Positions 47,101-56,435 of a DNA stretch of 64,000 nt are shown in pieces; the first letter of the stretch is position 1; each line of letters opens with the position of its first letter. The notes under the pieces were generated by a model, which saw nothing but the letters and a program-made list of their open reading frames with translations, was not told where the DNA came from and searched no databases. Location of the stretch: positions 24,889-88,888 of the forward strand of contig JBFWYP010000011.1 of NCBI GenBank assembly GCA_050186295.1. The letters run 5' to 3'. The position numbers and the translations under genes were made by a program. This stretch comes from Thermoanaerobaculia bacterium (GTDB lineage Bacteria > Acidobacteriota > Thermoanaerobaculia > Multivoradales > JAGPDF01).

Positions 47101-47455
47101 CATGCTCCTCTTCCTCGACCTGTCGTGGAAGGAGGCGCGGGAGCGCGGCGAGCTCGGCACCGCGGAGGGGGTCGACGAAGCGATCGTCCACGGCGCGGTG
47201 AAGCGCGCGCGCCCGAAGATGATGACGGTGGCTGCGGCGTTCCTCGGCCTGCTGCCGATCCTCTTCTCGACCTCGGCCGGAGCTGACGTGATGAAGCGGA
47301 TCGCGGCGCCGATGATCGGCGGGCTGGTGACCTCGTTCCTCGTCGAGCTGCTCGTCTACCCGGCGGTTTACAAGCTGTGGAAGCGGCGCAGCGAGTTGCG
47401 GAACGGGGCGGGAGGAGACGCGGAGCCGGGACTGCCGGCGGAGGAGCCGGCGTGA
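44153..47455 (+). CDS. cusA: Heavy-metal (Cu/Ag) efflux RND pump CusA
   Basis: The protein is 1100 aa. The N-terminal 250 aa align by eye almost motif-for-motif with E. coli CusA (DALPDLSD.QVI, GTD.YWARSRVLE, ELGPDATGVGW, LRSLQDW). Confidence 0.93.
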   Translation: MILGKVIGFSARHRALVLLVVAALCVVAWKSLERIRLDALPDLSDTQVIVETTWDRSPDIVEDQVTYPVVSALLGAPKVKAVRGFSDFGRSLVYVLFDDGTDLYWARSRVLELLSNIQGDLPDGVRPELGPDATGVGWVFQYALIDRSGRLALDELRSLQDWTVRFALRSVPGVSEVASFGGFVREIQVIADPNRLASYGIPIGELVTAIRTGNDESGGRLLEWSGAEYMVRLRGYARTPDEFGAIVVRSTAGGLPIRVRDLARVELGPAPRRGVADLDGEGDVVGGIVVARHGENALRVIERVKAKLADLGRSLPEGVEVVATYDRSDLILRALSTLRHELLLEMIVVSLVILLFLWHFPSAVVPIVTIPVSVLLSFIPLYLLGISVNIMSLAGIAISIGVLVDGAIVEVENAYNRIQLWQAADGAATGKSFHDVRLAALQEVGPSVFFSLLVIAVAFLPIFALVDQEGRLFGPLAWSKNLAMFVAALLAVTLDPALRMLFTRGEPFTFRPRWLARAATSVLVGRYHAEERHPISRAIHAVYEPVCRAVLRRPRTTIAIALAILALSLPAYFRLGSEFMPPLAEGTILYMPTTLPGISIGEAARLLETQDRILAGFPEVLTVHGKAGRADTSTDPAPLSMFETVVALRPPGEWRSRDVWYERWPGFLKPLLRPFWPDRITHEELVAEMDRALRIPGVTNAWTQPIQARLDMLSTGLRTPVGIKVLGADLEELERLGARIEALVRDVPGTRSAFAERVAGGYFVDITPRIDALARYGVRVEELQGVLAAAIGGESVTMTVEGRARYPVSVRYPRELRDDPDRLARVLVPVASGAQIPLAQLATIEVQHGPAMIRDENGFLAAYVFVDVAGRDIGSWVRDAKARVASEISLPTGTTLAWSGQWENMIRVRDRLRWIVPATILLIFFLLYVNLKSGFQAGLVLATIPFSAIGAIWLFHLLGYDVSIAAWVGLIALLGLDAETAVFMLLFLDLSWKEARERGELGTAEGVDEAIVHGAVKRARPKMMTVAAAFLGLLPILFSTSAGADVMKRIAAPMIGGLVTSFLVELLVYPAVYKLWKRRSELRNGAGGDAEPGLPAEEPA

Positions 47456-47502
47456 ACCGCGTGCGACAGGAAATCGAAGAGCACACGAGAAAGGAGCTGG
47501 TC

Positions 47503-47985
47503 ATGAACAGGAACAGGAAATCGTATTCGTCGGGCGTGGGCGCCCTCGCGCTGCTGGCGGCGCTCGTGGCGCCGGTGTCGGCGTCGGCGGCAGCGGCGAA
47601 GGATCCGGCCCCGGACGTCGCGGGGCTGGTCGCGCTCTACGTTCCGATCCAGGAGGAGCTTGCCGCCGACTCGGTCCTCACCGTACGCGAGAAGGCGGCG
47701 AAGCTCGCCTCCGCCGCATCGTCCGCGGGGGAATCGGCGAAGGAGGTCGCTGCGGCCGCCCGGGCGATGAACGGCACGCGGATCGACGACCTGCGGGAAC
47801 AGTTCAAGGCGCTGTCGACGGCGGTGGCGCGCCTCGTCGAGGGGAACGCCGTCGACGGTCACGGGATCTACTACTGCCCGATGGCGGGTGCCTACTGGGT
47901 ACAGAAGAAGGGGGAGGTGGCGAACCCGTACTACGGCGAGGAGATGCTCCGCTGCGGCGCCCCGGCCGCCCGGGTCGAGAGCTGA
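47503..47985 (+). CDS. DUF3347-like periplasmic protein
   Basis: This is the internal ATG of ORF 47377..47985, with GGAG upstream. A signal peptide is present. The C-terminus reads YYCPMAGAYWVQKKGEVANPYYGEEMLRCG. Confidence 0.7.
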   Translation: MNRNRKSYSSGVGALALLAALVAPVSASAAAAKDPAPDVAGLVALYVPIQEELAADSVLTVREKAAKLASAASSAGESAKEVAAAARAMNGTRIDDLREQFKALSTAVARLVEGNAVDGHGIYYCPMAGAYWVQKKGEVANPYYGEEMLRCGAPAARVES

Positions 47986-47994
47986 GCGACGACG

Positions 47995-50478
47995 ATGGCC
48001 CCGCTGCACGTTCTCCCCGACACGCCGCCCCTCGTGCGCGATCCGGTGTGCGGCATGGCGGTCGATCCCGCGACGGCGAAACATCGCTCCCACCACGCGG
48101 GGGCCGACGTCTTCTTCTGCTCGGCCGGCTGCAAGGCGAAGTTCGACACCGACCCGGAGCGGTACAGCGGATCCTCGGGCTACGAGCCCATGGAGTCTCA
48201 GAAGACTCGCCAGAAGGAGCCCGTTGCCGGTGGCCTCTGGGTCTGCCCGATGGACCCCGAGGTCGAGAGCGACCGGCCGGGGCCCTGCCCGAAGTGCGGC
48301 ATGGCGCTCGAACCGGCGATGCCGGAGGCCGGCGGGTCGAAGACCGAATGGACCTGCCCGATGCATCCCGAGATCGTCCGCGACCGACCCGGGAGCTGTC
48401 CGATCTGCGGCATGGCGCTCGAACCGCGAACGGTGACCGTCGACGACGCGCCGAACCCCGAGTACGTCGAGATGAAACGGCGCTTCTGGATCGCTGTGCC
48501 CCTGGCCGCCGCCACCCTGCTCCTCGCCATGGGCGAGATGCTGCCGGGCGACCCGCTCGGCCGCTGGATGTCGCCCGGGATGCGGCTGTGGCTGCAGTTC
48601 GCTTTCGCGACGCCGGTCGCGACCTGGGCCGCCTGGCCGTTCTACCAGCGGGCGGTCGCTTCGGTCCGCAACCGCAGCCTCAACATGTTCACGCTCATCG
48701 GGCTCGGCATCGCGGTGGCGTTCGGCTTCAGCCTGGTCGCCCTCTTTGCTCCGGCGCTCCTGCCGCACACGATGCGCCACGGTCCGGGTGGGCTGCCCCC
48801 GGTCTATTTCGAGGCGGCGGCGGTGATCACCGCGCTCGTGCTGCTCGGGCAGGTGCTCGAGCTCCGGGCAAGGGGAGAGACCAGCTCGGCCCTGAAGAAG
48901 CTGCTGGGAATGGCGGCCAAGGAGGCTCGTCGGATCGCCGCCGACGGCAGCGAGAAGGACGTGCCGCTGGACGAGGTGCGGGTCGGCGACAAACTGCGCG
49001 TCCGCCCCGGCGAGAAGGTGCCGGTGGACGGCGTCGTCCTCGAAGGGCGGAGCGCCGTCGACGAGTCGATGGTGTCGGGCGAACCGCTGCCGGTCGAGAA
49101 GTCGGAGGGATCGCAGGTCGTCGGCTCGACGGTGAACGGCAACGGGTCGCTCGTCATCCGGGCGGAGCGTGTCGGCTCGGAGACGCTGCTGGCGCGGATC
49201 GTGAGCATGGTCGCCGCGGCGCAGCGCAGCCGCGCGCCGATCCAGAAGCTCGCCGACCGGATCTCGGCCTGGTTCGTCCTCGCGGTGCTGGCGATCGCCG
49301 CCGTCACCTTCGGACTCTGGGCGAGCTTCGGCCCCGAGCCGCGGCTGGCGCACGCACTGGTCAACGCCGTGGCGGTGCTGATCATCGCCTGTCCGTGCGC
49401 GCTGGGTCTGGCGACGCCGATGTCGATCATGGTGGCTTCGGGGCGCGGCGCCTCGATGGGGGTGCTGTTCCGCAACGCCGAGGCGATCGAGCTCCTCGGC
49501 GAGGTGGACACCCTGGTCGTCGACAAGACGGGAACGCTCACCGAGGGGCGGCCCCGCCTGACCGACGTGCGGATCGCCGACGGCTTCACTGCCCTGGAGG
49601 AGCAGGAGCTCCTCGGCCTCGTCGCCGGCATCGAGGCGGCCTCCGAGCACCCGTTGGCGGCGGCGATCGTCGCCGGTGCCGCCGAGCGCGGCGCGTCCGC
49701 GGCGGACTCCGCGACGGTCGAGAGCTTCGAATCGATCCCCGGGCAGGGGGTCCGGGGATCCGTCCGGGGGCATCGCCTGGCCGTCGGCAATGCCGAGTTG
49801 CTGGCTGACGAAGGCGCCGACACGGAGCGTCTCCGCTCGGCGGCGGAGCCGCTCCGACGCGACGGGATGACCGTCGTCTTCGTCGCCGTGGACGGCGCCG
49901 CTGCCGGTCTGCTGGCGGTCGCCGACCCGGTCAAGGAGTCGACGCCGGCAGCGATCCGCGAGCTCGGGGCCGACGGGTTGCGCATCGTCATGCTCACGGG
50001 CGACAACCGGGCGACCGCCGAAGCGGTCGCGGGGCGGCTCGGGATCAGCGAGGTGATCGCCGGCGTCCTGCCCGATCAGAAGCTCGCGGTCGTCGAACGG
50101 CTCGAGGGCGAAGGGCGCCGGGTGGCGATGGCCGGGGACGGAGTGAACGACGCGCCGGCGCTCGCCCGCGCCCGCGTCGGCATCGCCATGGGAACCGGCA
50201 CCGACGTCGCCATGGAGTCGGCCGGCGTGACGCTGGTGAAGGGCGATCTGATCGGCATTGCCCGCGCCAGGAAGCTGTCCCGCGCGACGATGAAGAACAT
50301 TCGCCAGAACCTGTTCTGGGCGTTCGCCTACAACACGCTCGGCGTTCCCGTGGCAGCCGGGATCCTCTATCCGTGGACCGGCTGGCTGCTGTCGCCGATG
50401 CTTGCCGCGGCGGCGATGAGCTTCTCGTCGGTGACGGTGATCGCCAACGCGCTGCGCCTGCGGCGCGTCGTTCTCTGA
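47995..50478 (+). CDS. copA: P1B-1-type Cu(I)/Ag(I)-translocating ATPase with YHS/TRASH-like and CP..CPxC N-terminal metal-binding domains
   Basis: The transport motifs are [27 protein letters not shown] (FAYNTLG) and MSFSSV. The N-terminus reads DPVCGMAVD...[11 protein letters not shown] and is followed by two CPM..E...DRPG.CP.CGMALEP units. Confidence 0.93.
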   Translation: MAPLHVLPDTPPLVRDPVCGMAVDPATAKHRSHHAGADVFFCSAGCKAKFDTDPERYSGSSGYEPMESQKTRQKEPVAGGLWVCPMDPEVESDRPGPCPKCGMALEPAMPEAGGSKTEWTCPMHPEIVRDRPGSCPICGMALEPRTVTVDDAPNPEYVEMKRRFWIAVPLAAATLLLAMGEMLPGDPLGRWMSPGMRLWLQFAFATPVATWAAWPFYQRAVASVRNRSLNMFTLIGLGIAVAFGFSLVALFAPALLPHTMRHGPGGLPPVYFEAAAVITALVLLGQVLELRARGETSSALKKLLGMAAKEARRIAADGSEKDVPLDEVRVGDKLRVRPGEKVPVDGVVLEGRSAVDESMVSGEPLPVEKSEGSQVVGSTVNGNGSLVIRAERVGSETLLARIVSMVAAAQRSRAPIQKLADRISAWFVLAVLAIAAVTFGLWASFGPEPRLAHALVNAVAVLIIACPCALGLATPMSIMVASGRGASMGVLFRNAEAIELLGEVDTLVVDKTGTLTEGRPRLTDVRIADGFTALEEQELLGLVAGIEAASEHPLAAAIVAGAAERGASAADSATVESFESIPGQGVRGSVRGHRLAVGNAELLADEGADTERLRSAAEPLRRDGMTVVFVAVDGAAAGLLAVADPVKESTPAAIRELGADGLRIVMLTGDNRATAEAVAGRLGISEVIAGVLPDQKLAVVERLEGEGRRVAMAGDGVNDAPALARARVGIAMGTGTDVAMESAGVTLVKGDLIGIARARKLSRATMKNIRQNLFWAFAYNTLGVPVAAGILYPWTGWLLSPMLAAAAMSFSSVTVIANALRLRRVVL

Positions 50479-50491
50479 CGGTCGCCGCCGC

Positions 50492-50986
50492 TCAGTCGCA
50501 GCGCGCGGACACCTCGCCGGCGATCGTCGCGCCGTCTTCGTTCTCGCATTCGACTGCGAGGTCGAGCTTGCGGACCAGCACGTCGTTGACGATCCAGCCG
50601 GTCGGAGCCAGCGTCATGTCGAAGCGGACGCAGTCCTCGCTGTAGAAGAGGACCGAGTGCTCGAACGGCGTCTCCAGGTCGTAGACGCGGAGCGCCGGGC
50701 CGTAGAGCGGGTCGACGACGAGGCGGACGGCGATCTGCTGCTCCTCGTCGATCAGATCGCCGCCGAGATAGTGCTCGAGGTCGCCGCTCTCGCAGCGGAC
50801 CGGCACGATCTCGCCGCGCGGCTCGCCGAACGAGGCGACTTCGAACCGGCCGACTCCGGCGGCGCCCCCCGATCCGCTCGCCGACGTCGCGAGGTCGGCG
50901 CCAGGGTAGGCGGAGAAACAGCCCGCGAGGAGGAGCGGCGCGGGAAGGAGGAGGAGGCCGGAGCGGCGGCGGGAGCGCGGACTCAT
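50492..50986 (-). CDS. Hypothetical lipoprotein
   Basis: This is the internal ATG of ORF 50492..51790. The protein starts MSPRSRRRSGLLLLPAPLLLAGCFS (lipobox LLAGC). It is 164 aa with 4 further Cys. It overlaps the upstream gene stop. Confidence 0.6.
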   Translation of the reverse strand: MSPRSRRRSGLLLLPAPLLLAGCFSAYPGADLATSASGSGGAAGVGRFEVASFGEPRGEIVPVRCESGDLEHYLGGDLIDEEQQIAVRLVVDPLYGPALRVYDLETPFEHSVLFYSEDCVRFDMTLAPTGWIVNDVLVRKLDLAVECENEDGATIAGEVSARCD

Positions 50987-51711
50987 CGCTTCGTGGTGCG
51001 CTTCTTCGCAGCAGCGGCCGGGCGCTTCGTCGCCTTCGGAGCCGGCTTCCCGGCGGCCTTCTTCGCCGGCTTCTTCCCGGAGCCGGCGGCGCGCTTCGTC
51101 GCGGTGGCCTTCTTCACGGTGCTCTTCTTCGCCGCGCCCCGCTTCGCGGCGCTCTTCCTGGCGCCACTCCCTGCCGCCACCTTCTTCGTCGGTGGCTTCG
51201 CGCTCGCGGCGGTCGTCGCGCGCTCCGCCGCCTTCTTCTTCGGCGGCCGCGTCGCGACGGCGCCGGCCGCGCGCACTTCCTCGTACCGGCGGATGTAGTC
51301 GTCGACCGAGACCGAGGCGATCGAGGCGGCGATGACGTCGAGCGCCAGGTCTTCGACGCGGCGGAAGCGGACACACGACTTGCCCATGTCGAGCTTCTTG
51401 CCGGCCTTCTCGAAGCCCTCGCGGAACGCCCGCGCGGCCTCGTCGCCGAACATGTAGGGGCCGGTGAGGTAGAGCGAGAACTTGTTCTTCTGCGCCGCGA
51501 GGGCGACGTAGGCAAGCGGCTTGCCGTTGTAGGTGTCGGGATAGCGCGCGAGCGGGATCTCGTACGCCAGCATCCCCCAGTTCATCGTCTCGACGTAGCC
51601 GGTCGGGAGGTTCTCGAGAATGACGCGGCGGATCTCGGCGACGACGATCCGGCGATCGAGGGGCAGCTCGGACAGGTACTGCAGGACGGTGGAGGCGGCG
51701 CTCGAAACCAT
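50983..51711 (-). CDS. DUF1801 (YdhG-like) domain protein with about 90-aa histone-H1-like Lys/Ala-rich C-terminal tail
   Basis: ORF 50983..51711, with GGAAGGAG upstream. The N-terminal roughly 150 aa are globular. The tail reads PPKKKAAERATTAASAKPPTKKVAAGSGARKSAAKRGAAKKSTVKKATATKRAAGSGKKPAKKAAGKPAPKATKRPAAAAKKRTTKR. Confidence 0.75.
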   Translation of the reverse strand: MVSSAASTVLQYLSELPLDRRIVVAEIRRVILENLPTGYVETMNWGMLAYEIPLARYPDTYNGKPLAYVALAAQKNKFSLYLTGPYMFGDEAARAFREGFEKAGKKLDMGKSCVRFRRVEDLALDVIAASIASVSVDDYIRRYEEVRAAGAVATRPPKKKAAERATTAASAKPPTKKVAAGSGARKSAAKRGAAKKSTVKKATATKRAAGSGKKPAKKAAGKPAPKATKRPAAAAKKRTTKR

Positions 51712-51767
51712 GGCGACTCCTTCCTCTCGGGTTGCGGCTACGATACCGGTTCCGCACGCCGGAGAAC

Positions 51768-53279
51768 ATGGCGGCGAACGAGGGCCTCATGACATTTGCA
51801 CAGATCGACGAAGCGACCGACCTCGCCTTTCTCGAACGGTACCGCGGCAGCGGCCGGCTCGCTCACTGGATCGGCGGCGAAGAGGTCGCCGGCGGAGGTG
51901 ACCATCAGCCGGTCTTCTGCCCCTGGACCGGCGAGGAGCTCGCCGTGGTTCCGCTGGCCGGGCTCCGGGAGGTCGACCGTGCGGTCGCCGCGGCGGCTGC
52001 CGCCTTTCCCGCCTGGCGGGATCGCAACCCCCGCGAGCGCGCGGCGGTCCTGCTCCGGTTCCGAACTCTGCTCGAGGCGGCGACCGACGAGATCGCCTGC
52101 TCGATATCGGCCGAGAACGGCAAGACGTTCGCCGAGGCGAAGGCCGAGGTTCTCAAGGGGATCGAGAGCGTCGAACTCGCCGCGGCGCTGCCGCATCTCC
52201 TCCCGGGCCGGATCTCCGAGGTGTCGCCGGGGATCGACTGCCTGCTGACCCGCGAGCCGCTCGGCGTCGTCGCCTCGATCACGCCGTTCAACTTCCCGGC
52301 GATGGTGCCGCTCTGGACGATTCCGCTGGCGCTCGCCGCCGGCAACGCGATGATCCTCAAGCCGTCGGAGCAGGTGCCGATGACTCCCCTCCGCCTGGCG
52401 CGGCTCCTCGCGGAGGCCGGGCTTCCGGCCGGGCTGTTCCAGGTCGTCCACGGCGGCCGGGACGCGGTGGAGGCGATCCTCGATCATCCGGGGATCCGGG
52501 CGGTCTCGTTCGTCGGCTCGACGCCGGTGGCGCGCGCCGTCTACCGGCGCGGCTCGGCGAGCGACAAGCGGGTGTTGGCGCTGGGCGGCGCCAAGAACCA
52601 CCTGATCGCGATGCCGGACGCCGAGCCCGGCTCCACCGCCCGCGCGGTGCTCGAAGCCGCTACCGGCTGCGCCGGGCAGCGCTGCATGGCGGCGAGCGTG
52701 CTGGTGGCGGTGGGAGAGAGCGACGCGCTGCTCGAGCGCCTCGCCGAACTCGCGCGCACCCTCGTCGTCGGCCGCGACATGGGGGCGATCATCAGCGCTC
52801 CGGCGGCGGAGCGGATCCGCGGTGCGATCGCGCAGGCGGATCGCGACGGGGCGCGGATCGTGGTCGACGGCCGGGCGGCGGATCTGCCGCCGGCGCTCGC
52901 CGGCGGCTACTGGGTCGCCCCGACGCTGCTCGAGGGGGTGCGTCCTGGTTCGGCCGCGGCCCGCGACGAGATCTTCGGACCGGTCCTCTCGGTGATCCGC
53001 GTGCGGACGCTCGACGAGGCGCTCGAGATCGAGAACCGTAGCGAGTTCGGCAACGCCGCCGCGGTCTTCACCGGATCCGGCGCCGTGGCGCGCGAGGTCG
53101 CCCGCCGCGCGAGCGCCGGCATGATCGGGATCAACGTCGGCATTCCGGTGCCGCGCGATCCGTTCGGCTTCGGCGGCTGGAACGAATCGAAGTTCGGCGT
53201 CGGCGACATCACCGGCGAGGGCAGCCTCGCCTTCTGGACCCGCGACAAGAAGGTCACCGTGCGCTGGAACGCCGGCTGA
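51768..53279 (+). CDS. mmsA: CoA-acylating methylmalonate-semialdehyde dehydrogenase (ALDH family)
   Basis: Frame of ORF 51732..53279. I chose the ATG at 51768 because of GGAGAA upstream and a TACGAT box. The motifs are FNFPAMVPLWTIPLALAAGNAMILKPSEQ and the catalytic Cys in GCAGQRCMA. Confidence 0.85.
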   Translation: MAANEGLMTFAQIDEATDLAFLERYRGSGRLAHWIGGEEVAGGGDHQPVFCPWTGEELAVVPLAGLREVDRAVAAAAAAFPAWRDRNPRERAAVLLRFRTLLEAATDEIACSISAENGKTFAEAKAEVLKGIESVELAAALPHLLPGRISEVSPGIDCLLTREPLGVVASITPFNFPAMVPLWTIPLALAAGNAMILKPSEQVPMTPLRLARLLAEAGLPAGLFQVVHGGRDAVEAILDHPGIRAVSFVGSTPVARAVYRRGSASDKRVLALGGAKNHLIAMPDAEPGSTARAVLEAATGCAGQRCMAASVLVAVGESDALLERLAELARTLVVGRDMGAIISAPAAERIRGAIAQADRDGARIVVDGRAADLPPALAGGYWVAPTLLEGVRPGSAAARDEIFGPVLSVIRVRTLDEALEIENRSEFGNAAAVFTGSGAVAREVARRASAGMIGINVGIPVPRDPFGFGGWNESKFGVGDITGEGSLAFWTRDKKVTVRWNAG

Positions 53280-53291
53280 GGGCCGGCGCCC

Positions 53292-54677
53292 TCAGGGGTT
53301 CGCCGACGACCAGGAGTGCGTGTTCCCGCGCTCGAAGCCGTCGCTGAAAACGAGGGCGTTCTCGAGCCGTACGACGGCGAACGAGCTGCCCCCCTCGCTG
53401 TTGGCCGCGAAGCCGGCCGCGACCGGACGCCCTCCGGAGAGGGTGAGCGCCAGGCCGCCGTCGAGACCGTTGGCGACGAGATCGATCTCCACCCGCTTGA
53501 CCCCGTTGGCGTCGAACGAGTCGTCGAACGCTCCGGTCGCGAGGAGCCGGGCGAAGAAGAAACCGCCGGTCTGGGCGCCGTTGGCGTTGATCCGGCCGAC
53601 GGCGAAGATCCTGCGGTCGCTCGACAGTGCGATGTTGTCGACGGTCGAACCCTCTTCCAGCGCGAGGTCCGGATAGCCGTAGTCGGAATCGAAGACGCCG
53701 GTGCTCGAGAGCCGGACGACGGTGCCGCTCGATGCACCCGAGACCTCGAGCGAGTTTCTCAGGCCGAGGTAGATCGAGCCGTCGACCGGATCGACGACGA
53801 TCTGACTCGGGTTCAGCGTCGTGTCCGCCGGGGAGAAGGTCGCCAGGCCGTCGCCGCCGCCGAAGGACGGATCCTCGGCTCCGTTCGCCAGCCGGCGGTA
53901 GAGCCGGACCTCCAGCTGGCCCGAAGCCCGATGCGTGGCGGCCAGGAGGATCTTTCCGTCCGGCTGCGAGGCGACCTCCCAGGCGTTGTAGCCCGCCGTC
54001 CCGCCGGAGGCGATTCCGAGCCATCCGCTCGTGCCGAAGCTGGTGTCGGGATCGCCGGTGTCGGTGGCGTGGTAGAGAAAGAATCCCGCGGCACTTCCGG
54101 GGGCACACGCGCCGCAGTTCCCGACGAAGAGGTAGCCGTCCTCGTGCGAGGTCGTGCCCCAGGTGTTCTTGTAGCTCGCGAACGGGTAGCTGGCGACGGC
54201 GATCCCGCCGGAGCCGAAGGTACCGTCGACGTGGCCGTCCGCCGTCAATCGGACGAGGGCCGGCAGAGTCGCGCCGCCCGACGCTCCGGTCGTTCCGAGG
54301 AGGACCGCGCGGCCCTGCGCGTCGAGAACGATCGATTCGAGGTCGTCCTGGATCACGTTCTGGACGTCGATCGGAATCAGCTGCGTTCCGAGGATTCCCC
54401 AGGTCAGGTCGACGTCCCCGAGCCGGTTGTACCGGACGACTGCGAAATCGGTCGTGTTGCCGGCCGTTCCGGCCGATCCGCCGACCAGGATGGAACCGTC
54501 GGGGAGCGCCGCGACCGCCCGAGCCCGTGCCGAGGCGACGTCCCAGGTATAGGTCGCCCTGCCATCGAGGGAGAAGGTGGTGTCGAGGGCGCCGTCGTCG
54601 GCGAACAGGGCCGCCCCGGCGAAGAGCGACAGGGCGGCGAGCGAGCGGAATCCCGGGCGGTTCCAGGTGCGGGTCAT
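53292..54677 (-). CDS. Secreted delta-60-type beta-propeller repeat protein
   Basis: This is the internal ATG of ORF 53292..54725, with GGAGG 7 nt upstream. A signal peptide is present. Repeated LDxxFGxxG-like motifs occur: LDTTFSLDGRA, DPDTSFGTSGW, EDPSFGGGDG and FDDSFDANG. Confidence 0.6.
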   Translation of the reverse strand: MTRTWNRPGFRSLAALSLFAGAALFADDGALDTTFSLDGRATYTWDVASARARAVAALPDGSILVGGSAGTAGNTTDFAVVRYNRLGDVDLTWGILGTQLIPIDVQNVIQDDLESIVLDAQGRAVLLGTTGASGGATLPALVRLTADGHVDGTFGSGGIAVASYPFASYKNTWGTTSHEDGYLFVGNCGACAPGSAAGFFLYHATDTGDPDTSFGTSGWLGIASGGTAGYNAWEVASQPDGKILLAATHRASGQLEVRLYRRLANGAEDPSFGGGDGLATFSPADTTLNPSQIVVDPVDGSIYLGLRNSLEVSGASSGTVVRLSSTGVFDSDYGYPDLALEEGSTVDNIALSSDRRIFAVGRINANGAQTGGFFFARLLATGAFDDSFDANGVKRVEIDLVANGLDGGLALTLSGGRPVAAGFAANSEGGSSFAVVRLENALVFSDGFERGNTHSWSSANP

Positions 54678-54764
54678 GAAATGCCTCCGACAGGCAGAAC
54701 GTGAGCGCAGCCGTTCGAGGGACATCGTGGTCCTCGGAGGCTCGGAGATTCCCCGGGGAGCCGA

Positions 54765-54770
54765 TAGGAT
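54765..54770 (+). promoter_or_regulatory. Putative -10 box (TAGGAT) of leaderless yhbY-mgtE transcript
   Basis: TAGGAT ends 8 nt upstream of the ATG at 54779, with no SD sequence. Confidence 0.45.
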
Positions 54771-54778
54771 CCGCGGTC

Positions 54779-55111
54779 ATGCCCCTCGAGCTCAGCTCTG
54801 CCCAGCGCAAGCGGTTGCGCGGTCTGGCCCACGACCTCCGGCCGCTGGTCCACGTCGGCAAGGGAGGTCTCTCCGAAGCGGCGCTCGCGCAGATCGACCG
54901 CGAGATCGCCGAGCACGAGCTGATCAAGGTCCGTTTCCTCTCCGACAAGGAGGAGAAGCGGTCGCTGGCGCGTGAGGTCGAGAGCCGGCTGCACTGCGGG
55001 CTCGCGGGGCTGGTGGGCCACGTAGCGGTCTTCTACCGGCCGCACGCGGAGCCGAAACGGCGGAAGATCGTGCTCGATCCGCCGCCTGGCGCCGCCGTCC
55101 GGGAGGAGTGA
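54779..55111 (+). CDS. yhbY: YhbY-family (CRM domain) RNA-binding ribosome-assembly protein
   Basis: This is the internal ATG of ORF 54701..55111. The sequence reads LSSAQRKRLRGLAHDLRPLVHVGKGGLSEAALAQIDREIAEHELIKVRF. Confidence 0.85.
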   Translation: MPLELSSAQRKRLRGLAHDLRPLVHVGKGGLSEAALAQIDREIAEHELIKVRFLSDKEEKRSLAREVESRLHCGLAGLVGHVAVFYRPHAEPKRRKIVLDPPPGAAVREE

Positions 55112-55112
55112 G

Positions 55113-56357
55113 ATGAGCGAGAGCCGAAAGAGGACCTTCTTCGCCCGTCCCGACGCCGAGCTGCCTTCGGCGAAGGAGCTGCCGATCCGCCTGACGCGGA
55201 TGGCGCCGCGCGCCGCCGCGAGACTCCTCGCGCGCTACCCCGACGACACCGCCGCCGTTGCGCTGGCATTGGTCAACCCGGCACTGACGGTCGAGATCCT
55301 TGCGGCGCTCGATCCGGAGCGCCGCAAGCGGATCGCCGAAGCCGACGTCAGCGGTCGCGGTCCGCAGTGGCTCGAGGACACGCTCTATCCCCCGAACACG
55401 GTCGGACGCCAGATGGACCGGCCGCTCGCGGTCTTCTCGCCGGAGACGACCGTGACCGAGGCGATCGAGCGGCTGCGCGAGCTGATGAAGCGCGCCCGCC
55501 TCCATCTCGCCTTCGTCACCGAGTCGGACGGCCGGCTGCTCGGCGTCTTCGCCTTCCGGGAGCTCCTTTTCGCGGCGCCCGACGCCCCGGTCTCGTCGCT
55601 GATGAATCGCGATCTCGAGACGCTCCAGCCGGGGCTCTCGATGCTCGAGGCCACCAAGGCGATCATCGCCAATCACTATCCGGCTTATCCGGTCGTCGAC
55701 GGGGAGGGCCGCCTGGTCGGCATGATCCGCGCCCGCACGATCTTCGAACAGGAGGCGTTCGAGATCTCGGCCCAGGCCGGAAAGATGGTCGGTGTCGAGG
55801 CCGAGGAGCGGGTGTCCACCTCCTGGTGGCGGAGCTTCCGCTTCCGTCATCCCTGGCTGCAGCTCAACCTGCTGACGGCGTTCGTCGCCGCCGGCGTGGT
55901 CAGCATCTTCCAGGGCACGCTCGACCGGATCGTCGTGCTGGCGGTCTTCCTGCCCGTCCTCGCCGGCCAGTCCGGGAACACCGGTTGCCAGGCGCTGGCG
56001 GTCACGCTGCGCGGACTGGCGCTGGGCGAGATCGACCGGCTGCAGGCGCGCTCGATGCTCAAGGAGGCCTGGGTCGGCATCCTGAACGGGATCTTCGTCG
56101 GCATCGTGGCCGGCGTCGGCATGTTCATCTTCGCGCGCTCGCAGGCGAGCGAGTCGCCGGCCATGCTCGGCTTCTGCGTCTTCGCCGCGATGATCATCAG
56201 CTGTGCGGCGAGCGGGCTCTCCGGCGCGACGATCCCGCTGATCCTGAAGAAGCTGGGCGCCGACCCGGCGACGGCGTCGAGCATCTTCCTCACCACCGCC
56301 ACCGACGTGGTGAGCATGGGGGCGTTCCTCGGCCTGGCGACGCTCCTGATCCGCTAG
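55113..56357 (+). CDS. mgtE: Magnesium transporter MgtE
   Basis: It has an MgtE N-domain, a CBS pair (VGRQMDRPLAVFSPETTVTEAI and similar) and a 5-TM C-terminus containing PVLAGQSGNTGCQAL and TATDVVSMGAFLG. Confidence 0.9.
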   Translation: MSESRKRTFFARPDAELPSAKELPIRLTRMAPRAAARLLARYPDDTAAVALALVNPALTVEILAALDPERRKRIAEADVSGRGPQWLEDTLYPPNTVGRQMDRPLAVFSPETTVTEAIERLRELMKRARLHLAFVTESDGRLLGVFAFRELLFAAPDAPVSSLMNRDLETLQPGLSMLEATKAIIANHYPAYPVVDGEGRLVGMIRARTIFEQEAFEISAQAGKMVGVEAEERVSTSWWRSFRFRHPWLQLNLLTAFVAAGVVSIFQGTLDRIVVLAVFLPVLAGQSGNTGCQALAVTLRGLALGEIDRLQARSMLKEAWVGILNGIFVGIVAGVGMFIFARSQASESPAMLGFCVFAAMIISCAASGLSGATIPLILKKLGADPATASSIFLTTATDVVSMGAFLGLATLLIR

Positions 56358-56435
56358 ACGCGAGCGGGTCCCTCGACTCGGGAATCGGGGGCGCCAGGAA
56401 ACGGTTGTGACACGAGAGAAGGAGGCACCTCGGCC

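Noticed and set aside
43772-47191. A 1,139-aa minus-strand ORF across the cusA region. There are also + strand alternatives at 43996..47286.
   Set aside because: The 44153..47455 frame aligns motif-for-motif with E. coli CusA. The others are Arg/Asp/Glu/Pro-rich with no motifs, so they are shadow frames.
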